Source of the DNA: Candidatus Thorarchaeota archaeon
GTDB lineage: Archaea; Asgardarchaeota; Thorarchaeia; Thorarchaeales; Thorarchaeaceae
Direction: 5' to 3'
NCBI GenBank assembly: GCA_029855935.1
Contig: JAGSHN010000031.1
Coordinates: 1 to 64,000, forward strand
DNA: 64,000 nt
A program made the position numbers and the translations under genes. The first letter of the stretch is position 1. The number at the start of each line of letters is the position of its first letter. The notes beneath the pieces are model-generated. The model searched no databases and had not been told where the DNA came from. It saw only the letters and a list, made by a program, of their open reading frames with translations. Below, piece by piece: positions 57,364-64,000 of the stretch.

Positions 57364-58008
57364 TCATTCTCGAGCCTGTGGCATGACATGCGGGAGAATG
57401 GCCCGCAGGTCGTTCTCCTCCACAACCACATGTGCAGCACGGGCTACCTCTTCGTCTTCGGGCATAAAGGCAATCGCAAGGCCGACAACAGACATTGCGT
57501 CAACATCATTGCGTCCGTCACCGACGAATGCTGTCTCCCTGAGCGACACGCCAAGGTCAGAGGCGATTCTCTCCACTATCTCCTTCTTCTGACCCCAGCC
57601 GACATTCGTCTCGACCTCTCCGGTCAGGACACCGTCGCGATGTATCAGACGATTGGTCACGACGTACGATATCCCCAGGCGTCGAGCGACGTCCTCCGCA
57701 AGAACGTCAAGCCCACCAGACAGAATCGCCGTCCTGATGCCAGCATCGTGGAGCGCCTGCACCGCCTCACGGGCCCCGGGTACGAGGCGCGTCTCGCGGA
57801 CCACCCTGAGGACCTCATCAATGCGACGCCCCCTCCATAGACCTGCGTCGAGGTCGGCCCACTCGTTGTACGAGATCTCTCCAGCGAAGAACATATCGTA
57901 GTACTTGCGCCCCTCATCGGTGGTCCCGAACAGCTGATGTAGGCGCCACCAGATACTGCTGTGCTGTGTCAGGGTACCGTCCGCATCAAATACAACAAGT
58001 CGAATCAT
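57364..58008 (-). CDS. HAD phosphoserine phosphatase-like hydrolase
   Basis: FDADGTL, LSGG, K, GDGRND. Confidence 0.85.
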   Translation of the reverse strand: MIRLVVFDADGTLTQHSSIWWRLHQLFGTTDEGRKYYDMFFAGEISYNEWADLDAGLWRGRRIDEVLRVVRETRLVPGAREAVQALHDAGIRTAILSGGLDVLAEDVARRLGISYVVTNRLIHRDGVLTGEVETNVGWGQKKEIVERIASDLGVSLRETAFVGDGRNDVDAMSVVGLAIAFMPEDEEVARAAHVVVEENDLRAILPHVMPQARE

Positions 58009-58069
58009 GTCGGAGAGTCACCATTGGTGCGGGCCCTTACGCGAGTATGGAACATAGCATACTGCGGAT

Positions 58070-58705
58070 TCACTCGCCCGCGGCCTCACGAGAGAGGCGT
58101 GCAATCACCTCATCAATCTTCGCATCGTGCCCCTCCACCTCGGGCTCCTGTTGAGGTACGTCACTCCCGGGTGAGGGAAGAACACCCTCGCGCTCCAAGA
58201 GGACCTCGGCCTCGATCGATGCGAGACGCCTGTCAACCGCGGATTCAATCTCGGACGCACCCAGCGATGGAGAGATGTCCTCTGACAGGAAGTCGGTCGC
58301 AAGTGAGACCCTGTCGATGACCGAGCTCAATCTATCAAGCTCGCTGCGAATCTCTGTCGGGTTGATGGACTTGGCCGCCTCCTCAAGGACCTCCCGGGAC
58401 TTCCGTATGGCCTTTACTATCTCCTGTTGAGAACGGGCATTCTCAATCTGTAGCTGGACGGTACGTAGCGTGACCATCTGCTGTTGAACCTGAGTACGTT
58501 GGGCCCTCAATGACTCGGCGTTGCGGACATAGGCCCTTGCAAGTGCATCGTCACCCTCGCGGACCGCAGCACGAGCCAAGTCAAGGTTATGGTCGATCTC
58601 CGCCCCATATCTCCGAGACATCATCTCCAAGTTATTGATCATACCGCGAATGTCAAGGATGTGCTTCTCGACATCGACCGACCTGCGTCCGCTAAGAAAA
58701 CCCAT
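58070..58705 (-). CDS. ESCRT-III/Snf7 family protein (Vps2/24/46-like)
   Basis: N-terminal MGFLSG, helical hairpin with A.REGD..LAR.Y..NA, LPSP, and C-terminal MIM1-like DEVIARL. Confidence 0.8.
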   Translation of the reverse strand: MGFLSGRRSVDVEKHILDIRGMINNLEMMSRRYGAEIDHNLDLARAAVREGDDALARAYVRNAESLRAQRTQVQQQMVTLRTVQLQIENARSQQEIVKAIRKSREVLEEAAKSINPTEIRSELDRLSSVIDRVSLATDFLSEDISPSLGASEIESAVDRRLASIEAEVLLEREGVLPSPGSDVPQQEPEVEGHDAKIDEVIARLSREAAGE

Positions 58706-58860
58706 CTTGCCCACCGGGATTATGGCCACTGTGAGTAGTTCCGTAGCCACGGTTTTTAAAGCGTTGTAGCACGCTGGCTAATACACGACCAAGAAGTCAC
58801 AGTCCTATCCTCGGGAGGCCTACCCGAGACTCGGGACAACAGACAAAGCAGTGATGCCAG

Positions 58861-59676
58861 ATGGGAGTGAGAGATCTTCTTGAGGAGGCTGCCCAGGCCG
58901 CTATTGAGGTCGTGAGAGAGAACACGGCGATTGCAAGTGAACTGACGGGAACACGCAATCCGTTCGGAGACAAGACCCTGGTCCTTGACAGACGCGCAGA
59001 GGAGGCCATCATAGAGGTAATTCGGAGCTGGTCGGTCCCCACTGCCATTCTCTCGGAGGAGGCTGGAATTATATTGTCGGAGGAGGAGCCCGAGTATCTG
59101 GCGGTGATAGATCCCATTGATGGCTCCGCGAACCTTGAGCGGCGCATCCCTCTGTGCTCGGTGGGCATTGCACTGGTCCCATACTCAGACAGAATGTCTA
59201 TGCACGACGTGGAGGCTAGCCTCGTTAGGTCGTACTTCACCGATGAGGTCTATGTTGCAATCAGAGGAGAGGGCGCATTCAGGAATGGTGAGAGAGTGAG
59301 AGTGAGGGAGGAGGTCCCAATCGAGGAGGCAATCATCTCATACGATACGAAGAAGAGATGGGACAGGGAGTTTACCGACTCATCGATACGCGTGCTGTCT
59401 TCAGTGCGAGATATGCGCAGATCGGCCAGCAATCTGCTGGACCTCTGCTGGGTGGCCGGGGGATCTCTCGATGCAATGGTCGACCTGAGGAACATCCTTC
59501 CCATAGTACACATAATGGGGACGCACATCGTACTGGAGGCGGGCGGGACTGTCGTCGGAGTTGACGGCAAGACGCTCGACCTTGAGATATCGATGACCAA
59601 TCGGATGAGCTTTGTCGCGGCCAGCGGACCAAGACTTGCTGAGGACATCAGACAGAGGTTTGTGGGAGTCGCCTGA
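58861..59676 (+). CDS. Inositol monophosphatase/FBPase family protein
   Basis: LSEEAG, IDPIDGSAN, GEGAFRNG. Confidence 0.88.
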   Translation: MGVRDLLEEAAQAAIEVVRENTAIASELTGTRNPFGDKTLVLDRRAEEAIIEVIRSWSVPTAILSEEAGIILSEEEPEYLAVIDPIDGSANLERRIPLCSVGIALVPYSDRMSMHDVEASLVRSYFTDEVYVAIRGEGAFRNGERVRVREEVPIEEAIISYDTKKRWDREFTDSSIRVLSSVRDMRRSASNLLDLCWVAGGSLDAMVDLRNILPIVHIMGTHIVLEAGGTVVGVDGKTLDLEISMTNRMSFVAASGPRLAEDIRQRFVGVA

Positions 59677-59828
59677 GAGCCGGACTGTTCGATGTGGCTG
59701 ACGATCCCAGAAAAAGTCGACCTCAGCCTCATATTTCAGTCTGAAACACTCGCTCGACTCTTTGAAACAGTTCCTGTTCCTAAGAGGTTAAAAGGCTGAC
59801 ACAGGTGTTCTCGGATGAGGAGTTAACT

Positions 59829-60647
59829 ATGGTCAAGGCAGTACCATTTGTACCACCTGAAGTGAAGAAGGCAATGCAGGACGTCAAGCACAAGATAGTC
59901 GTACTGTCTGGCAAGGGCGGTGTCGGCAAGACGACCGTGGCCACCAATCTGGCTATGTCCTTTGCCAAGAAGGGGCTGTCAGCAGGTGTCCTAGATGTGG
60001 ACATCTACGGTCCAAATGTTCCGAAGCTTCTGGGACTGGAGGGGCAGCATCCGCGCGCCGACGAGAACATGATCTATCCGATAGAGGGGCCGCTGAAGAC
60101 CAAGGTCATGAGTATGGGGTTCCTTCTGAGGAAGAGTGATGATGCTGTTGCATGGAGGGGCCCGCTCGTCGCGAAGGCGGTCACACAGTTCTTGGGAAAC
60201 GTGAAGTGGGGCGAACTGGATGTTCTTGTCATCGATCTTCCACCTGGCACAGGTGATGAGATTCTCAGTATTCTCCAGTCAATCCCAGATGCGGATGGGG
60301 TGATTGTGGTGACAACACCCCAGGAGGTAGCGGTGCTGGACGCTAGGAGAGCGATACAGCTCGCTGAGAAGATGGGCGTCCCCGTACTGGGCATCATTGA
60401 GAACATGTCGGAGTTTGTCTGTCCGAACTGTGGCAACTCGTACAAGATCTTCGGAGAGGGTGCAGCCAAGCGAGCGGCCGAGGAATATGGTATTGAGCAT
60501 CTTGGCACCCTGCCGCTGGATCCACGTGTCGTGACCCTCTCTGACGAGGGATCTCCGTTCGTCATCAGTGAGCCCGAGTCAAAGGTGGCGAAGGCATTCG
60601 AGGCGATAGTGGAGAGACTATCTGAGAAGATGGAACTCGATGACTAA
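59829..60647 (+). CDS. mrp: Mrp/NBP35 Fe-S cluster carrier ATPase
   Basis: SGKGGVGKTT, DVDIYGPN, WRGP, DLPPGTGD, ENMS..CPNC. Confidence 0.93.
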   Translation: MVKAVPFVPPEVKKAMQDVKHKIVVLSGKGGVGKTTVATNLAMSFAKKGLSAGVLDVDIYGPNVPKLLGLEGQHPRADENMIYPIEGPLKTKVMSMGFLLRKSDDAVAWRGPLVAKAVTQFLGNVKWGELDVLVIDLPPGTGDEILSILQSIPDADGVIVVTTPQEVAVLDARRAIQLAEKMGVPVLGIIENMSEFVCPNCGNSYKIFGEGAAKRAAEEYGIEHLGTLPLDPRVVTLSDEGSPFVISEPESKVAKAFEAIVERLSEKMELDD

Positions 60648-60815
60648 TCAATAGGCGCACCGGTCGGGCCGCGATTTGCCAGCTATTGCTGCTAGGGCGG
60701 TACGTTCCGACCGGGGCCTTGAGTTGTTTTTCAATAACTCAGAAGTCAGCCTGCTGGCGCCCTATGGAGACCCGTCCCTGATCTGACTGTATGCGTGCTT
60801 GCATCTGAAAGGGGC

Positions 60816-61187
60816 CTATTCGGCCTCGCCCTCATCAGAGGCCTCTTCCTCATTCGGCTTCTCGGCCTTGACCTCTTCCTCCTCAATGCTCTCAGCCTTG
60901 GCAGTCCTTGGCGCAATGCCCATCAGATAGAAGTATCCGAGGATCAGGCTGACCAACGACAGGAGGACCGTAACGCCGACCGCACCAGCATAGCCAAACC
61001 AGCTCACCGGGTTGATGACTAGGTTCTCCACAGCGCTGGAGAGAGCAATCTGCTGGAGCCACATCGGAATCACGAACACCAGCGGGATACAGATTATGAT
61101 GAGGAGCACGATGGACATAATAATCTCGGCCATATGAGTTAGAACTCTGCGTATCGTGCTGTCAACTGCCTTCTTTGCCGACGCCAT
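60816..61187 (-). CDS. Two-TM membrane protein with acidic tail
   Basis: Hydrophobic helices; GGAGA upstream. Confidence 0.7.
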   Translation of the reverse strand: MASAKKAVDSTIRRVLTHMAEIIMSIVLLIIICIPLVFVIPMWLQQIALSSAVENLVINPVSWFGYAGAVGVTVLLSLVSLILGYFYLMGIAPRTAKAESIEEEEVKAEKPNEEEASDEGEAE

Positions 61188-61941
61188 GTGTCTGTCTCCT
61201 TCAGTCTGGGACCGACGGGGCTCATGCTTTAAAGATTGCTCTGGAGAGCAGAGGGCTCTCGGGGACCCAAAAGGAGAGGAGAAGTGTCAGATGAGAGAGA
61301 GGATGAGTAGCGGTTGGGAATGGGAGGAAGGTCCCCGATTATATGATAATACGTTCTACTACAATATAAAGATAGCTTGTGCGTATGATCCTGCAGCGCC
61401 TCGGCTCAGAGTAGCAGAATGGGTATCCGGGGCCATAGAAGAACGCAGGAAGGAGGAGAGAATATGGAGGTGCACAAATAGATGGCCCCGGTTCTCCTTG
61501 ATTCCTTGTACAATCAATGCATATAACAAAAGCTGTGATTAATAGTTATTGCGGTACTCGCAATTCAGAGCCCGAGGTATTGACGTCATCGCAACCCTTA
61601 TTAGGAAGTGATTGCGTAGTCCTCAAGTGAATGTGCCGGAGAGGCGTGTGACTCGTTTCAAGCGAGAATCCCTCCCACAATCCTGATCGCATTTGAAGTG
61701 CACACATCCTCTCCTCCTCTCAAGCAATCAAAAGCGAACCTTTCTCCTTTTCGCGCCTCCCGGCACACTCACTCCATCCATTGTCCTTCTGTTGGTAGGG
61801 CCTGTACTTTGAGGGTGACCCTTTTCCGATACAGCTGTGGCTGCGTACGGGCAGGTCAAGCCGAAATCGTCCAGCCAATTGGACAATCAGTGGAGAAGGA
61901 TACCGCTGTCGCGATGAAACCCTCTACCAGCGGCCTTCTCA

Positions 61942-62328
61942 CTACAAGGTGCACGTGTCAGTCGTCGGCAGAACTGACGTGCGACCGTCATTGAACACCT
62001 CGATAAAGAAGGGATCCTGCGCCTCTCCCACCTTGGTCCACCCGAACTGATCCTTTCGGTAGTACTTGTAGTCACTCGGATCATAGCACACTTCGACGAC
62101 AGACCCCTCTGGAAGTTTCTGGAGATATAGAGAGACCTCTTCTATGGATTCGTGAGAGTACGACTCGCCCAACCGGATATGGTGGATGTGGTCGCTGACC
62201 TCAATCAGCAGAGCAACATACGGATTCGAGTGGGAACCGTGTCTAGACGGGACCGGTGGTCTTCGGCACGAGTACGCACCACTGACTGAACGTAGGACCG
62301 TATAGATACCCTTGTCTATCTGCATCAC
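61942..62328 (-). CDS. Hypothetical protein
   Basis: Coding-like ORF; no motif. Confidence 0.5.
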   Translation of the reverse strand: MMQIDKGIYTVLRSVSGAYSCRRPPVPSRHGSHSNPYVALLIEVSDHIHHIRLGESYSHESIEEVSLYLQKLPEGSVVEVCYDPSDYKYYRKDQFGWTKVGEAQDPFFIEVFNDGRTSVLPTTDTCTL

Positions 62329-62548
62329 TGTCTCAATCCCGGCTGTTTATCCGGCGGGGTTACCGGCAAGTGTATAATATGAACTCATATGCCCTTATAA
62401 TAGGAGTGCTATGAGGGGGGCCGAAAAAATCGCATAGAGCGCCGGTTCCTCGGCCATTCTCCGCTTCACCAGCCGTATTGTCCCGGCTGCCAACGCAGAA
62501 TGTGCACACTTTGCGAAAAATTGGCCGAATTTTCTTAACAAACGGACA

Positions 62549-63250
62549 TCACGATTGCCGAATGCTATCATGCGCCGCGCCAATCTCGGCGCGCAGTGCT
62601 GGTAGTATCTCGGCAAGTCTACCGAATACCCTCTCCGCCCCAGCCTTCTTCAGCTCAAGTGCATTGGTCTCCCCGGTGGCCACGGCCCAGAAACGCACAC
62701 CGGCCCTCTTGGCCGCAGCAGCATCAATCCTTGCGTCCCCCACGTAGATGGCCTCATCTCGCGACACCGAGAGTTTCTTGAGGAGTGCCAGCAGGCCGTC
62801 AGGGTACGGCTTCGGGTTGGGCGACTCGTTGCGAGTCTGGATGACATCGAAATAGTCGCCGAGAGGAAGACGCTCTAGGACAATCTCCACGGCGTGGCGA
62901 CCATTGTTCGTCAGGATAGCCGTCTTGAGTCCCATCTTGCGTACCTCTGCAACGACATCAAGAACCCCGCGTATGAGCCTCGCGGACTTAGCAGCCTCGG
63001 CCTCGTGCCGGGTCAGTATTTCATCAATCTCGCGGTCCAGCGACTCCCACTCCTCAATGCTCATACCGTGGGAGAGGAAATACTCACGGGCTTTCATCTT
63101 TGTGCTGGAGATACCGTCCTCAGGGTCCAGAAGATCTGGGGGAAGTCCAAGCTCGATGTAGAACTTCTTTGTGTCCGAACGCATAGCATCAAGGGGGAGG
63201 GTGAGTTCGGTAATTGTCCCATCGAGGTCGAAGACGACAGCCCTGAGCAT
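62549..63250 (-). CDS. HAD family phosphatase (Gph-like)
   Basis: FDLDGT, LTNN, KPYPD, YVGD. Confidence 0.88.
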   Translation of the reverse strand: MLRAVVFDLDGTITELTLPLDAMRSDTKKFYIELGLPPDLLDPEDGISSTKMKAREYFLSHGMSIEEWESLDREIDEILTRHEAEAAKSARLIRGVLDVVAEVRKMGLKTAILTNNGRHAVEIVLERLPLGDYFDVIQTRNESPNPKPYPDGLLALLKKLSVSRDEAIYVGDARIDAAAAKRAGVRFWAVATGETNALELKKAGAERVFGRLAEILPALRAEIGAAHDSIRQS

Positions 63251-63290
63251 GGCGGTGAACAACCCGAGCGAGGAGGAGACACAGCACTTC

Positions 63291-63977
63291 TTAACGGTTG
63301 CTCCCCGGGCATACTGGGGGTCGAACACGGCTGACGAACTGTCGAAGTACTGTCGTCATCTCGTCCAGTCCCCAGTTGTAGAAGTGGTCAGCGCCTTCAA
63401 TTGTGCGGACAAGTGGATCAGCATTGTCCATCAGCGACGCGATGCGGGTGACATCAGAAACGGATACGACCGAATCACGGTCGCCGTGGAGCAGGAGTAC
63501 CGGGCAGGTGATAGCACTCAGTCTCTCAGCCAGCAACGGCACGTCTGCGGCAATATCGTAGGAGGCGCTTATCGTGACCAAGAACGACACAGATGTCAGG
63601 CCAGCAATGTGCAGTGCCACCGAACCACCAAACGAATACCCAACAACACCAATATCAGGGTGCTGGCTCGCGGAGCGGAGGTGCGAGCGCATCTCGTCCA
63701 TCGCGCTCAGTGCGTCATCGATGGCGCCATCAACACCCGCATAGGGGAGGCCCGACGGTGGACCTCGGAAGTCGAACCTGAGAGTAGCCACTCCAAGTGA
63801 TAGCAGTGTCTCTTCGGTCGCAAGGACTATGCGGTCCTCTTTGCAGCCGCCGTATAACGGATGAGGATGAAGAAGGAGGGCACCACCCTGAGACCATTGG
63901 GGGACCGTCACGATGGCGGGGAGACTCCCACCAGGGCCCTCAATGATCAGTTCTTCACGGCTGGCCAAGTTGCTCAT
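63291..63977 (-). CDS. Alpha/beta hydrolase (COG2945-like)
   Basis: HPHPLYGG, LRFDFRG, GYSFG nucleophile, HGDRD, GADHFY. Confidence 0.88.
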   Translation of the reverse strand: MSNLASREELIIEGPGGSLPAIVTVPQWSQGGALLLHPHPLYGGCKEDRIVLATEETLLSLGVATLRFDFRGPPSGLPYAGVDGAIDDALSAMDEMRSHLRSASQHPDIGVVGYSFGGSVALHIAGLTSVSFLVTISASYDIAADVPLLAERLSAITCPVLLLHGDRDSVVSVSDVTRIASLMDNADPLVRTIEGADHFYNWGLDEMTTVLRQFVSRVRPPVCPGSNR

Positions 63978-64000
63978 TCGGGTCCCCACCGTAGTAGAGT

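Overview
Archaeal chromosomal window, almost certainly from an Asgard archaeon. It carries an ESCRT-III/Snf7 gene, eS25, Fae domains and a tungsten-type AOR; Thorarchaeia is my inference, not proven. Positions 1-29.1 kb and 49.8-64 kb are mostly housekeeping and metabolic genes. The main accessory feature is a ~20.6 kb integrated virus-like element (~29139-49747), bounded by a short direct repeat TA(T/G)AAAGGTGTT whose right copy lies 1 bp after the stop of a tyrosine integrase. Its left arm has no recognisable HK97, portal, terminase or double-jelly-roll genes. Instead it is an operon of membrane-anchored proteins, including a 1142-aa glycosylated spike-like protein, two different intramembrane metalloproteases (CPBP and M50-like) and an ATPase-HTH-PD-(D/E)xK fusion. 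This points to an enveloped or extruded particle of an unfamiliar type. The element also has a divergent repressor switch with an 18-bp inverted repeat, a D5/P4-type SF3 helicase containing an iteron-like origin, a radical-SAM/DUF488/C5-methyltransferase set, a duplicated membrane-protein gene sharing a 37-bp exact repeat, and an integrase apparently split at a (GA)n tract. Host highlights are tandem DapA-Fae fusion genes, a chlI/chlD-like pair joined by an A9 -1 frameshift site that adds transmembrane helices, a 56-aa histone missed by the ORF track, eS25 with a Lys-rich repeat tail, and a candidate structured RNA. All calls are by eye from motifs; no searches were run.
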